Of a stretch of DNA of 64,000 bases, positions 41,430-51,672 are shown piece after piece. The stretch is taken from the NCBI GenBank assembly GCA_963782045.1, contig CAWAIR010000036.1, positions 32,828 through 96,827 of the forward strand, written 5' to 3'. The notes beneath the pieces were generated by a model that made no database searches, was not told where the DNA came from, and worked only from the letters and a program-made list of their open reading frames with translations. Position numbers and translations under genes: made by a program. Position 1 is the stretch's first letter, and each line of letters opens with the position of its first letter. This DNA is from an uncultured Alphaproteobacteria bacterium (lineage in GTDB: Bacteria; Pseudomonadota; Alphaproteobacteria; Rhizobiales; Kaistiaceae).

Positions 41430-41455
41430 AAACGGCCGAAAGGCGCGCCGTTTTT
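41430..41455 (+). terminator. weak rho-independent terminator candidate after ldhA/stub
   Basis: AAACGGC (41430-41436) pairs with GCCGTTT (41447-41453), and the T-run extends to 41455. Confidence 0.4.
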
Positions 41456-41904
41456 GACATTGACCGCCCGATCCCTATGCTGTGCCTCGCCGTCGCTTGT
41501 TCGGGACCTGGCCCCTCTTCGCTGCGTTCGACGGCCGTTCGTGCCGGGAGTGAGCCCGAAAAGTTGCTTCCCGCGCGCCCCTGGTGTGTTTCGGCGGCGG
41601 GATTCGCCCCCCAAGCGCTTCTTCAGCGCCCAGTGGAGGATTGAGAAAAGCAGCCCCGGAGACCGGGAAGGCTTCCGACGAAATCTGCGGCACGGCGCCG
41701 GATGCGGTGTGCCGCGCTTTTGCGTCTTTGACTTCATCGGGCCGCAACCTATCTTTCGCGCGGGCTCCCGGCAGGTCGGGCAGCCCGGGCCCGTCAGCCT
41801 TCTGATCGGCGGGTCGCCGCGGACAAGAATTTTGACGATTGCTGCGGCTTGCAGGGGGGCCTTCGTCCCGCTTCGGCCGCGCCGCCAACGGAGGACATAC
41901 CCCC

Positions 41905-42822
41905 ATGAAATTCGCTTTGAAGATCGCCGCCGCCGCGCTCGGCCTCAGCCTCGTCGCCGGCCCGGCGCTGGCCGCCGGCGACACCGTCGTCGTCGCTTCC
42001 AAGATCGACACCGAGGGCGGGCTCCTCGGCAACATCATCCTGCAGGTGCTCGATCATGCCGGCATCCCGACGGAGAACAAGGTTCAGCTCGGCCCCACCA
42101 AGATCGTGCGCACCGCGCTGCTCTCCGGCGAGGTCGACATCTATCCGGAATACACCGGCAACGCCGGTTTCTTCTTCAACGTTTCCGACGACCCGGCGTG
42201 GAAGAACGCCCAGGCAGGCTACGAGAAGGCCAAGGAACTCGACAAGGCCAACAACATCGTCTGGCTGCAGCCGGCGCCGGCCAACAACACCTGGGCGATC
42301 GCCGTGCGCAAGGACGTCGCCGACAAGAACAACCTCAAGACCATGGAAGACTTCGGCAAGTGGGTCGCCGGCGGCGGCACGGTGAAGCTCGCCGGCTCCG
42401 CCGAGTTCGTCGAGAGCCCGGCGGCGCTGCCCGCCTTCCAGACCGCCTACGGCTTCAAGCTCACCGCCGACCAGCTTCTCGTCTTCTCCGGCGGCGACAC
42501 CGCCGCCACCGAGAAGGCGGCGGCCGAGCAGACCTCCGGCGTCAACGCCGCCATGGCCTATGGCACCGACGGCCAGCTCGCCGCGCTCGGCCTTGTCGTG
42601 ATGGACGACACCAAGGGCGTGCAGCCGGTCTATGAGCCGGCGCCGACCGTGCGCCAGGCCACGCTCGACAAATACCCGCAGATCAAGGACCTGCTCGATC
42701 CGGTGTTCAAAACGCTGACCCTGGAAACGCTGCAGACCCTCAACGCCAAGATCGCGGTCGACGGCGAGGACGCCAAGAAGGTCGCGACCGACTATCTGAC
42801 CGAAAAGGGATTCCTCAAATAG
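41905..42822 (+). CDS. osmoprotectant (glycine betaine-type) ABC transporter substrate-binding protein, YehZ/OsmF-like
   Basis: ATG at 41905 after GGAGGA. Signal peptide. EVDIYPEYTGN and NTWAIAVRKD motifs. Gene order SBP-permease-ATPase-permease as in yehZYXW. Confidence 0.8.
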   Translation: MKFALKIAAAALGLSLVAGPALAAGDTVVVASKIDTEGGLLGNIILQVLDHAGIPTENKVQLGPTKIVRTALLSGEVDIYPEYTGNAGFFFNVSDDPAWKNAQAGYEKAKELDKANNIVWLQPAPANNTWAIAVRKDVADKNNLKTMEDFGKWVAGGGTVKLAGSAEFVESPAALPAFQTAYGFKLTADQLLVFSGGDTAATEKAAAEQTSGVNAAMAYGTDGQLAALGLVVMDDTKGVQPVYEPAPTVRQATLDKYPQIKDLLDPVFKTLTLETLQTLNAKIAVDGEDAKKVATDYLTEKGFLK

Positions 42823-42890
42823 CCGCGACCGACAGCGGCCGGGCCGCGCGTCCGGCGAACGGAACCAATGCGACCGATGCAAGGGAAGAG

Positions 42891-44051
42891 GTGGCCTTTA
42901 GCCGGGTCACCTTTTTCCTTGTCGCAGTCGTGCTTGCCGGCGTGCTCAGTCTCGGCTTCGTCGGCTTTGCGCCGAACCGCATCCTGACGCCGAAGGCGAT
43001 CGCGCTGTGGGACGCCAACGCGCCCGTTTGGATGGCCGCAATGGCGGCGGGTTTCGTGCTGCTCGTCGCCGGCGGGCTCTGGCGGCCGCGCATCGCCGGC
43101 GAGGCGATCACGCTCATCGGGGCCGTGCTTCTGTTCCTGGCCGATTTCCTCGCCGCCGGCACCGCCGCCACCCATATCATCGCCGGCGCGTCGAGCAGCG
43201 CCGCGCGGGTGTCGCTTGGCGGCGCCTTCTGGGTGGTGCTGGTCGCCTCGGCTCTGGCGGTCGCCGAGAGCCTGCGGCACTTCCGCAAGGCCATATGGCT
43301 GCACACGCTCGTCGGCTTCGGCATCATCGCAGTTCTCGCCGCCTTCGCCATGCGCGGCTGGTTCGATCACCTGTCTCTGGTCCATGAATGGTCGATCCGC
43401 CGCGAGGAATACAATCTCGCGCTGGTTCGCCACATCGTCCTGGTGCTTTCCGCGCTTGCGCTGGCGCTCGTCATCGGCGTGCCGCTCGGCATGCTCGCCA
43501 GTACCAGACCGGAACGGTCTGGCCGCATCTTCTCGGTGCTGAACCTCATCCAGACCATCCCTTCTATCGCCCTCTTCGGCCTGCTCATCGGGCCGCTCAC
43601 CACGGTTTCCGACTGGCTGCCGTTCCTGCGCTCGATCGGCGTGCGCGGCATCGGCTTCACCCCGGCGCTGATCGCTTTGACGCTCTACGGGCTGCTGCCA
43701 ATCGCCCGCAACACGGAAGCCGGGTTGAAGAGCGTGCCGACCTCGGCCATCGACACCGCCCGCGGCATGGGCATGACGCCGTTCCAGGTCATGGCCTGGG
43801 TACAGATCCCGCTTGGCCTGCCGGTGCTGCTGGCGGGCTTGCGCATCGTCACGGTGCAGCTCGTCGGCTTGACCGTGGTCGCCGCTCTCATCGGCGCCGG
43901 CGGCTTCGGCAGCTTCGTCTTCATCGGCCTCGGCCAGACCGCCACCGATCTCGTGCTCCTCGGCGCGCTCTCCGCCATCCTCCTGGCGCTTGCCGCCGAC
44001 GTCCTTCTCCGCCTGCTGACGCTCGCCGCGACCAGGGCCATAAGCTCATGA
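42891..44051 (+). CDS. osmoprotectant ABC transporter permease (long N-terminal TM extension)
   Basis: GTG at 42891. The C-terminal half carries the binding-protein-dependent permease core (IPSIALFGLLIGP...TEAGLKSVP). Confidence 0.8.
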   Translation: MAFSRVTFFLVAVVLAGVLSLGFVGFAPNRILTPKAIALWDANAPVWMAAMAAGFVLLVAGGLWRPRIAGEAITLIGAVLLFLADFLAAGTAATHIIAGASSSAARVSLGGAFWVVLVASALAVAESLRHFRKAIWLHTLVGFGIIAVLAAFAMRGWFDHLSLVHEWSIRREEYNLALVRHIVLVLSALALALVIGVPLGMLASTRPERSGRIFSVLNLIQTIPSIALFGLLIGPLTTVSDWLPFLRSIGVRGIGFTPALIALTLYGLLPIARNTEAGLKSVPTSAIDTARGMGMTPFQVMAWVQIPLGLPVLLAGLRIVTVQLVGLTVVAALIGAGGFGSFVFIGLGQTATDLVLLGALSAILLALAADVLLRLLTLAATRAISS

Positions 44052-44980
44052 TCTCATTTGAGGATATCACCAAGACCTTCCACGGCCACGCCGCCCTGGA
44101 CGAGGCCTCCTTCACCGTCGCCAGCCACGAGTTCTGCATGCTCGTCGGCCCCTCGGGCGCCGGCAAATCGACGGCGCTTCGCCTCGTCAACCGCCTGATC
44201 GTGCCGGACTCTGGCACCATCCGCATCGACGACGACGACATCGCCACCCTCGACCCGGTGACGCTCCGCCGCCGCCTCGGCTACGTTATCCAGTCGATCG
44301 GCCTGTTTCCCCACTGGAGCGTCGGCGACAACATCGCCACCGTGCCGCGCCTGCTCGGCTGGCCGAAGAAGCGCATCGACGAGCGCATCGACGAGCTGAT
44401 GACGCTGGTCGAGCTCGATCCGGCCACCTTCCGCGACCGTCGTCCGCACCAGCTCTCCGGCGGCCAGCAACAGCGCATCGGACTGGCGCGCGCGCTCGCC
44501 GCCGATCCCAACATCCTGTTGATGGACGAGCCCTTCGGCGCGCTCGATGCCGTCACCCGCGACACGCTGCAGACCGAGATGATCCGCATCCACGCGGCCA
44601 CCGGCAAGACCATCCTCATGGTCACCCACGACATCGACGAGGCGGTGCGGCTCGGCCAGCGCATCGTCGTCTTCGAGGAGGGCAAGGTGGTTCAGGACGC
44701 CACGCCCGAGGAGGTGCTGGCCAATCCGGCCAACGATTTCGTCCGCGCGCTAGTCGGCGGCGAGGCGGCGAGCCTGCGCCTGCTCAAGGTGCGCCGCGTG
44801 CGCGACTGGCTGACCCGCGGGGGAAGCGCCGAAGGGGCGCCGATCGGCAGTGACGAGCACCTCGACATGGCGCTCGCCCGCATGCTCGGCACCGGCCGCG
44901 ACGCGCTGCCCGTGGTCGACAGGACGGGGGCATCGCAGGGCACCATCGGCCTCAGCGACCTTCTCAGGAAGCACCCGTGA
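44048..44980 (+). CDS. osmoprotectant ABC transporter ATP-binding protein
   Basis: ATG at 44048. Walker A GPSGAGKST, signature LSGGQQQR, Walker B LLMDEPF, and a C-terminal CBS-like tail. Confidence 0.9.
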   Translation: MISFEDITKTFHGHAALDEASFTVASHEFCMLVGPSGAGKSTALRLVNRLIVPDSGTIRIDDDDIATLDPVTLRRRLGYVIQSIGLFPHWSVGDNIATVPRLLGWPKKRIDERIDELMTLVELDPATFRDRRPHQLSGGQQQRIGLARALAADPNILLMDEPFGALDAVTRDTLQTEMIRIHAATGKTILMVTHDIDEAVRLGQRIVVFEEGKVVQDATPEEVLANPANDFVRALVGGEAASLRLLKVRRVRDWLTRGGSAEGAPIGSDEHLDMALARMLGTGRDALPVVDRTGASQGTIGLSDLLRKHP

Positions 44981-45747
44981 ACGGCACCGTCACCCTGCCG
45001 AGCGCCCGCCAGTCCGGCCGCTTCGCCTTCGCGCTCCTGCCGACGGCGCTGCTGATTGCGCTGGTCTTCGGCATGCCGGCGCTGCGGCCGCTGTTCCACG
45101 CCCTGTTTCCGGAGCTCCAGCGGCCGATCTACACCCGCGCCAGCTTCCTCACGCTCACCCTCTGGCACGTCGGCCTTGTGCTTGCCGCCACTATCCCCGT
45201 GGTGATCGCCGGGGTCGCCGCCGGCGTCTTCGTCACCCGCAAGGCCGGCCGCGAGTTTGCCGGCATCCTCGACACCGTCACCGCCATCGGCCAGACCTTT
45301 CCTCCGGCGGCGGTGCTTGCCCTTGCCGTACCACTTGCCGGCTACGGCGCCGCCCCCACCATCGTGGCGCTCATCGCCTACGGCATCCTGCCGGTGGTCG
45401 ACAACACCATCGCCGGGCTCCGCGGGGTCTCGCCGGCGGCGCTGGGCGCCGCCGAGGGCATGGGGCTGACGCCCCGGCAGACGCTCCTCTGGGTCGAGCT
45501 GCCGCTCGCCGCGCCGGTGATTCTCGCCGGCGTGCGCACCTCGGTCATCATCAACATCGGCACCGCCGCGATCGGCTCGACGGTCGGCGCGCTCAGCCTC
45601 GGCTCGCCGATCATCGAGGGCCTGTCCGGATCGAACACGGCCTATGTCATCCAGGGCGCCATCGTCGTCGGGCTGCTGGCGATCGCCACCGACCAGATCT
45701 TCGCCTTCGCCGACACCCGGCTCCGCCGCGCCTCGGGCAGGACCTGA
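44977..45747 (+). CDS. osmoprotectant ABC transporter permease
   Basis: GTG at 44977 overlaps the ATPase stop. Polytopic membrane protein with ALIAYGILPVVDNTIAGLRGV. Confidence 0.85.
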   Translation: MNGTVTLPSARQSGRFAFALLPTALLIALVFGMPALRPLFHALFPELQRPIYTRASFLTLTLWHVGLVLAATIPVVIAGVAAGVFVTRKAGREFAGILDTVTAIGQTFPPAAVLALAVPLAGYGAAPTIVALIAYGILPVVDNTIAGLRGVSPAALGAAEGMGLTPRQTLLWVELPLAAPVILAGVRTSVIINIGTAAIGSTVGALSLGSPIIEGLSGSNTAYVIQGAIVVGLLAIATDQIFAFADTRLRRASGRT

Positions 45748-45751
45748 AGCG

Positions 45752-46429
45752 TCAGTTGCTGCTCAGCCGCGTGCCGTAGCGGCGATAGAGCCCCAGCACT
45801 TCCTTGACCACGCGCTTATGGAAGGCCGGCTGCTTCTCGATGTTGAGGTGGCCGATGGCCTCGTGCAGCGTGTCGATGTTGATGTTCTCGAGCTTTCCGT
45901 GGAAGTCCTTGCCGCCCGACAGCTTCTTGCCCACTCCGTCGGTCGCCCCATAGAAGTTGATCAGGTGGCGGACATTGCCCGGCACCGGCTGGCGGGCGGT
46001 GGCATCGAAGATGACGACGAGATCGACCGGGATCTTGTCGCGGCCGAGATGGGCCGCCATGGCGATCGCCGCGTCGGCGCCGAAGGAATGGCCGATGATG
46101 ACGATGGGCCGCGCCGCCGCCTTGCTCTTCGCCCAGCGCTTCTCGATGGTGCCGGCCGGCCCCAGCCAGCCGCCATAGTTCATCACGGTGTTGGCAATGC
46201 CCTTCGCCTTGAGGTCGTCGGAGAGCGTGTTGAGCCCGGTCGAGAAGACGTTGAGCAGGCCGAGAAACAGATAGACGCTGCCCGGCGGCTGCGTCTTGGC
46301 GACCGCGAGCTCGACATTGCTCGCCGCCAGCGCTTCAACCGGCCGCGCCCCCAGCGCCGCCATGCCGAGCACGACGGCCAGCGCGACGGCTCGGCCCCAG
46401 ACACGGCCGTTCCTGACAATATCCAGCAT
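45752..46429 (-). CDS. secreted alpha/beta-hydrolase-like protein (lipase-type GHSFG motif)
   Basis: ATG at 46429. Signal peptide. IVIIGHSFGADAA nucleophile-elbow motif. Confidence 0.55.
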   Translation of the reverse strand: MLDIVRNGRVWGRAVALAVVLGMAALGARPVEALAASNVELAVAKTQPPGSVYLFLGLLNVFSTGLNTLSDDLKAKGIANTVMNYGGWLGPAGTIEKRWAKSKAAARPIVIIGHSFGADAAIAMAAHLGRDKIPVDLVVIFDATARQPVPGNVRHLINFYGATDGVGKKLSGGKDFHGKLENINIDTLHEAIGHLNIEKQPAFHKRVVKEVLGLYRRYGTRLSSN

Positions 46430-46511
46430 GTTCCACCCCTCCACCAATAGCGCCCGTTCGCCTACGATACCCAAGCAGGCGCGGCGGGCAAGTACGTCGC
46501 GCAGGCAGAGG

Positions 46512-47096
46512 CTAGTAAATCCACGGAATGATGCGCGCCGTGCGTTTCATGTAGTCGCGATATTCGTCGCCGAAGGTCTCGATCATGACCCGTTCTTCCT
46601 GCGGCACCCGCATGAAGAACAGGATGCCGAAACCGAGCGGGCCGGCGAGCCCGGCGACCCAGTTCGGCAGGAGCAAGAGCTGGGCCAGCGCGAACAGCGT
46701 GAACGACGAATACATCGGGTGGCGGACGTAGGCGTAGAGGCCGTTGGTGACCAGCCTGTGCCCCTCGCGCAGTTCCAGCGTGATCGACCACATGCGGCCG
46801 AGCTGCTTGTGGGTGACGCGGAACAGCACCAGCGCGGCAATGATCGTCAGCACGCCGATCCACGCCTGCACCGGGTTGAAGCCATAGTCGGCGAAGCTCG
46901 GCCAGCCGGTCGCCACGTAGACGACCGGGACGAGAACCTGGCCGATGCCGGCGATAGCGAGCAGCACAGCGTCGCGCGTGCCGCCCGCCGCGCGGGCGAC
47001 GCCCATCTTCATGGCCCGCCGCTGAGCCGGGTAGCGTATGATGAACCAGCCGACGATGCCGAGCAGGAAAACGATCTTGGCGACGAGCGGTGTCAT
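46512..47096 (-). CDS. isoprenylcysteine carboxyl methyltransferase (ICMT/PEMT-like) family membrane protein
   Basis: ATG at 47096. 194 aa, four to five TM helices. GLYAYVRHPMYSS and EERVMIETFGDEY motifs. Confidence 0.75.
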   Translation of the reverse strand: MTPLVAKIVFLLGIVGWFIIRYPAQRRAMKMGVARAAGGTRDAVLLAIAGIGQVLVPVVYVATGWPSFADYGFNPVQAWIGVLTIIAALVLFRVTHKQLGRMWSITLELREGHRLVTNGLYAYVRHPMYSSFTLFALAQLLLLPNWVAGLAGPLGFGILFFMRVPQEERVMIETFGDEYRDYMKRTARIIPWIY

Positions 47097-47213
47097 GGCT
47101 GAGGCAGTAGCGCAGACGCGGGCGCGACGGAAGGGGCCGCATTGCAGCGGGCTTGCCCTCCTGCCCCATTCCGTCGCATTACGGCCGCACTCTCGGTCGA
47201 GACGGATCCCTCC

Positions 47214-47792
47214 ATGCGCCGCGTTCTGGTCATTCTTGCCACCCTGCTGCCCGTTTTCCTCGCCTCCTGCGCCGGCGGCATTTCCGGCGCGCTTGGCGAC
47301 ATGTTGCAGAAGCCGGACGCCGCCCATCCCGGCACGGTGGACGCCGATGCGGCGGCTCGCCTTATCTCGCAATACCGCGTGGATCGCGGCCTCAAGCCGC
47401 TGAAGCTCGATCCGACGCTGATGAAGCTTGCCGCCGAGCACGCCCACCGCATGGCCTCCATGGACCGCATGAGCCATTCGCTGCCGGGCGAAGGCAGCTT
47501 CGGCCAGCGCATGGCAGCCGGCGGCTTCCAGGCCGCCATGGCGGCGGAGAACGTCGCCGCCGGCCAGAAGACGCTTGCCGATGTCTTCGAGGCCTGGCGC
47601 AAGTCGCCCGGCCACAATGCCAACATGCTCATCCCCAACGTTTCGCTGATGGGGATCGCGGTCGCAGTCCAGCCGGGCGGCAAATACCACACTTACTGGT
47701 CGCTGGAGGTCGGCGAGCGCTACGTGCCGCCTGCCGGCGGCTACGGCGCGGGACCGGGGCCGGGCCCGGGCATCACCATTTACGGGCGCTAG
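47214..47792 (+). CDS. CAP/SCP (YkwD-like) domain lipoprotein
   Basis: ATG at 47214. Lipobox FLASC. WRKSPGHNANML motif. Confidence 0.8.
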   Translation: MRRVLVILATLLPVFLASCAGGISGALGDMLQKPDAAHPGTVDADAAARLISQYRVDRGLKPLKLDPTLMKLAAEHAHRMASMDRMSHSLPGEGSFGQRMAAGGFQAAMAAENVAAGQKTLADVFEAWRKSPGHNANMLIPNVSLMGIAVAVQPGGKYHTYWSLEVGERYVPPAGGYGAGPGPGPGITIYGR

Positions 47793-47795
47793 GGA

Positions 47796-48956
47796 TCAGC
47801 CGAGCCGGTCGCGCAGCTGGCGGACATTGGCGCGCGCGGCGCGTTCCGCCCGCGCCGCCGCCAGCCCGATCGCAAAGAGCGTGCCGCCGCCGGGCGGTCC
47901 GATGACGACGGTGGCGATGCCCCGCCGCTCCGGCCACAGGGCGTCGATCATCGGATGATCGGCGGTGGCGCAGGAATTGATCAGCCGCACGGCCGGGTCC
48001 GAGAACAGGTGCGCCGGGGCATCGAGCATGAGCTGCACGCCCGGCGAATAGTGGGCATAGGCCTCGTCGTAGGCCGTCTTCCAGGTGTAGGCGGCCGCCC
48101 CAGCCACCAGGCTGACCACGATCGCTACCGGGTGGGCGCCGACCCTCAGCGAATCGATGCGCGCCTTGCCCGCCTCGGCGAGGTTGAACAGCGCCTCGCG
48201 CGAGAACGCCGCGGTCACCGCCGACGCGGCGAGCGCCGTCCCCTGGCGGCCCTTCCATCCGGCCTGTTCCAGCGCCAGGAACTCCTCGAAACGGGCGCGC
48301 ACGCAATCCGGTTCGACGTCGCTCGCGAATGTCACTGCGCCCGTCTCGCCGAGACGGCGGAGTTGGCGGCCGAGCTCCTTGCGCTTGCCGCGCGGCAGCG
48401 CCGCACGGAGATTGGCTGCGCCCTCACCGCGCGTCAGCATCGCGCGGCGGTGCGCACCGAGGAGCACAAGCGGCCGGCCGCTCCACGCCGCGGCGGCGCG
48501 GACCGCGTCGGCGACCGGGCCGTCGGTCGGCATCTCCGGCAGCACCAGGCTGAGGCCGGAATCCTCCGGCGCGAGCCCGGCCAGCAGGCGCGCCACCGTG
48601 CCGTCGGCATCGCCGGCCTCGATCAGCGGCTCGCCGAAGGGCGCGTATTTGTGTCTCCACAGGCGGATGGCCGGCGCGATCCGCCCGAGCCGCGTCCGCG
48701 TGAACGGCGCCAGTCCGGCGAGCCTCCCGGACGGGGCACGGACGAGGGCCACGGCGACGTCGCCGCCCCCAAGGTGGGCGATCGCGGGAATCGCGAATTC
48801 GGGGTGGAAGAAGGCATTGCCGCTGTCCGGACGCGCGGCCAGCGCCGTCCACGCCCCGGCGATCGCGGCAAGCTCGCCCGCCGCCACCATCGTGACCGGC
48901 GCATCGCGCCCTGCGCGCACCGCCGCTCCGGAATGGGCAAGACCGGTGGCGGCCAT
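47796..48956 (-). CDS. GNAT-fold acetyltransferase of the CelD/BioF2-like type
   Basis: ATG at 48956, 2 nt after the upstream gene stop. EFLALEQAGWKGRQGTAL and YSPGVQLMLD motifs. Confidence 0.65.
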   Translation of the reverse strand: MAATGLAHSGAAVRAGRDAPVTMVAAGELAAIAGAWTALAARPDSGNAFFHPEFAIPAIAHLGGGDVAVALVRAPSGRLAGLAPFTRTRLGRIAPAIRLWRHKYAPFGEPLIEAGDADGTVARLLAGLAPEDSGLSLVLPEMPTDGPVADAVRAAAAWSGRPLVLLGAHRRAMLTRGEGAANLRAALPRGKRKELGRQLRRLGETGAVTFASDVEPDCVRARFEEFLALEQAGWKGRQGTALAASAVTAAFSREALFNLAEAGKARIDSLRVGAHPVAIVVSLVAGAAAYTWKTAYDEAYAHYSPGVQLMLDAPAHLFSDPAVRLINSCATADHPMIDALWPERRGIATVVIGPPGGGTLFAIGLAAARAERAARANVRQLRDRLG

Positions 48957-48958
48957 GG

Positions 48959-50380
48959 CTAGCGCGCCTCGACCGCGCCCGCCGGCGGCTTGTGCACCGT
49001 CAGGATCGAGCAATTGATCGACAGCCGTCCGGTCACCACCACCCACAGCACCAGCGTCTCGGCGCCGAGCGCAATCGCCGTCGCGGTCGCCGCGCCATTG
49101 ATGCCGAGATGGGGAATGAGCAGGAAATTGAGCGACACGTTGAGGAAGAAGGTCGCCGCGTAGACGACCGCGGTAATGCCCTGCTGCCCGGCCATGATGA
49201 GCAGCGTCTCGGCCGGCCCGATCGAAGCGCGCAGCAGCAGGCCGACCGACAGGATGAAGAGGACCGGATAGCCTTCGACAAAGCTCGGCCCGAACAGCGC
49301 CAGCAGGAAGCGGCCGGTGACGATCAGCACGCCGACCATGGCCAGCGACGGCCAGAAGGTCCAGTGCAGCGTGTCGCGGACGAAAGCGTTCAGCCGGGCG
49401 TCGTCGCCGGCGGCGTAATATTGCGAGAAGCGCTGGGCGCTGCCCGCCCTAACCGAGAAATAGACGAAATGGACCAGCGCCATCGTCTTTACCGAGGCGA
49501 AGTAGATGGCGACTTGCTCGGGCTGCATCAGCCGGCCGACGATGAGGATGTCGACGTTGGTGAGCAGGTTGAAGAAGCCCTCGACCACGAAGATCGGCAG
49601 CGCCACTGCGACCCACAGCAGCGGCTGGTAGCTGCGCGGGCCCGGCGGCACGGTCTTGCCGATCTTGCTCTCGAGCCGGAAGAACTGGCCGATGGCGGTG
49701 AGGTAGGTGGCTGCGACCACCGCCGCCATAGCGGTGACAGCGTCGGGCGCGGCACCGAACCACAGGCCAACCCCCATGAAGACGATGATCAGCAGCGGCC
49801 GCACGATGTAGGTCGGCCACAAGGCGAGGTTTGCCCAGTTGAACGAGCGCGCCAGCCCCTCCTGGGTGTCGCCCAGCGCAATCATCGGCAGCGTCACCGC
49901 GCCGAGATAGAGCGGCACGAGATAGGTGCCGGAGATGTGGTCGCCGAAGGTCCACAGGCCGGCGAAGCCGACCAGCGCGAACAGGGTCGAGGTGATCAGT
50001 CCCTGGATACGGCTGCCGACGATGACGCCGCGCAGCAGACTGAACTCGCCGCGTCCGAGATATTCGGGCACGAAGCGCAGTACCGCCACCTGGATGCCGA
50101 GGCAGGCGAGGCCACCCATGATGACCGAGCCGACCCAGACGACGACGAAGACGCCGTACTGGAAGTCGCCCATCCAGCGGGCCATGACCACCTGGCTGAA
50201 ATAGGCGATTGCCGCACTGACGACGCGGGTGGCGAAGGCGATCAGCGCGATGCGCTGCGAGACCGAGCGGTCGTCGGTGCCGGTGAGAATCGAATCGAGG
50301 ATCGTCGCCGGTTGCGCGAGCAGGCCGCGCAGGCGGCCTTCCGGTATCCGCCCGACGACGTCGACGAACGACACACGCAC
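48959..50380 (-). CDS. polysaccharide/oligosaccharide flippase (Wzx/MOP superfamily)
   Basis: 473-aa ORF with about 12-14 TM helices and the typical flippase architecture. No finer call is possible. Confidence 0.7.
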   Translation of the reverse strand: MRVSFVDVVGRIPEGRLRGLLAQPATILDSILTGTDDRSVSQRIALIAFATRVVSAAIAYFSQVVMARWMGDFQYGVFVVVWVGSVIMGGLACLGIQVAVLRFVPEYLGRGEFSLLRGVIVGSRIQGLITSTLFALVGFAGLWTFGDHISGTYLVPLYLGAVTLPMIALGDTQEGLARSFNWANLALWPTYIVRPLLIIVFMGVGLWFGAAPDAVTAMAAVVAATYLTAIGQFFRLESKIGKTVPPGPRSYQPLLWVAVALPIFVVEGFFNLLTNVDILIVGRLMQPEQVAIYFASVKTMALVHFVYFSVRAGSAQRFSQYYAAGDDARLNAFVRDTLHWTFWPSLAMVGVLIVTGRFLLALFGPSFVEGYPVLFILSVGLLLRASIGPAETLLIMAGQQGITAVVYAATFFLNVSLNFLLIPHLGINGAATATAIALGAETLVLWVVVTGRLSINCSILTVHKPPAGAVEAR

Positions 50381-50585
50381 TTGGGCCCTCTCCGCATCTC
50401 CGGCGGCACCGCTGTCCCCGCCGGTCTGCCGCCCCTGGGCTACGGCATACGACCCAACTTATGTACCGACAATTGAAACGAAAGTGGGAATTTCATAAAG
50501 GTTAACAAAGGCTTAATAAAATGGCTGTCAATCGGAGACCCTGAGGCCCGCCGCCCTCGTCTGGACACGCGGCGGCGAGGCCGTA

Positions 50586-50607
50586 GGATCGCGCGCTTTC
50601 GCGATCC
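50586..50607 (+). promoter_or_regulatory. 8-bp-arm inverted repeat upstream of the tusA-like gene
   Basis: GGATCGCG-cgcttt-CGCGATCC, 25 nt upstream of the TTG start at 50632. Confidence 0.3.
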
Positions 50608-50631
50608 GCTCGTCTGACAGGATTTCGGCCC

Positions 50632-50895
50632 TTGCCCGACAGCCAGCCCGCAGCCCGCACGCTCGATACCAGCGGCCTTGCCTGCCCCTTGCCGGTTCTC
50701 AAGGCGCGCAAGGCGCTCATCGCCATGGCGCCTGGCGAACGGTTGGCGCTGACCGCGACCGACCCGCTGGCTGCCATCGACGTTCCGCATTTCTGCCGGG
50801 AAGCCGGCCATCGCTTGATCGCCAGCGACCGGCGAAACGACGTCCTGTCTTTCGTGATCGAACGCGGCGATGGCCGTCCGGACGGCGAGCCGTGA
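50632..50895 (+). CDS. sulfurtransferase TusA family protein
   Basis: TTG start. LDTSGLACPLPVLKARKAL contains the CPxP active-site motif. Confidence 0.8.
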   Translation: MPDSQPAARTLDTSGLACPLPVLKARKALIAMAPGERLALTATDPLAAIDVPHFCREAGHRLIASDRRNDVLSFVIERGDGRPDGEP

Positions 50896-51662
50896 GCCTC
50901 TTCCTGTCGAAGCTGGTGCCGATCGTGCTCTATCCGCTCGGGCTGGCGATCCTGTTCGCCATCGCCGCCCTGGCCTTCATCCGCTTTCGCCGCACCGCCC
51001 GCCTCGCGCTCATCGTCGCCATCCTCCTTCTCTGGCTGCCGTCGATGCCGGTGACAGCGAACCTGCTGGCGCTCAGGTGGGAAGCGGCCTATCCACCGGT
51101 CGCCGCAGCCGATCTGCCGCACGCCGACGTCATCGTTCTGCTCGGCGGCTTCGTCAGACAGCCGCTGCCGCCGCGCCTGGCGCCACACCTTGCCATCGGC
51201 GCCGACCGCCTGTTCGAGGCCGCCCGCCTGTTCCACGCCAGCAAGGCGGCGCACATCCTCGTCAGCGGCGGCAACCTGCCGTGGAACACGATCCTCGCAC
51301 CGGAGGCGCACTGGATCGGCGGACTTCTCGGCGAACTCGGTGTGCCGGCCGATGCGGTCGTGATTGAGGGGAAGAGCCGCAACACCCGCGAGAACGCGAC
51401 CTTCACCAAGCCGATCCTCAGCAATCACGGCTGGCGCTCGGTGCTGCTGGTTACCTCGGCCGACCACATGCGCCGGGCGATGGCTGCTTTCCGCAGGGCC
51501 GGCATCGCCGCCACGGCAGCGACCACCGACGTCGAGGGCACCTACCCGCTCTTCAACAGCGTGCTCGACTTCCTCCCGAACGCCGACGCTCTTGCCGAAA
51601 GCAGCAATGTTCTCAAGGAGATGATCGGGATGGCCTATTACCGCTGGCGCGGCTGGGCCTGA
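50892..51662 (+). CDS. YdcF family (DUF218) protein
   Basis: GTG at 50892 overlaps the tusA-like stop. N-terminal TM helices. ILVSGG and LLVTSADHMRRAMAAF motifs. Confidence 0.8.
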   Translation: MSLFLSKLVPIVLYPLGLAILFAIAALAFIRFRRTARLALIVAILLLWLPSMPVTANLLALRWEAAYPPVAAADLPHADVIVLLGGFVRQPLPPRLAPHLAIGADRLFEAARLFHASKAAHILVSGGNLPWNTILAPEAHWIGGLLGELGVPADAVVIEGKSRNTRENATFTKPILSNHGWRSVLLVTSADHMRRAMAAFRRAGIAATAATTDVEGTYPLFNSVLDFLPNADALAESSNVLKEMIGMAYYRWRGWA

Positions 51663-51672
51663 CCGCCCGAAC

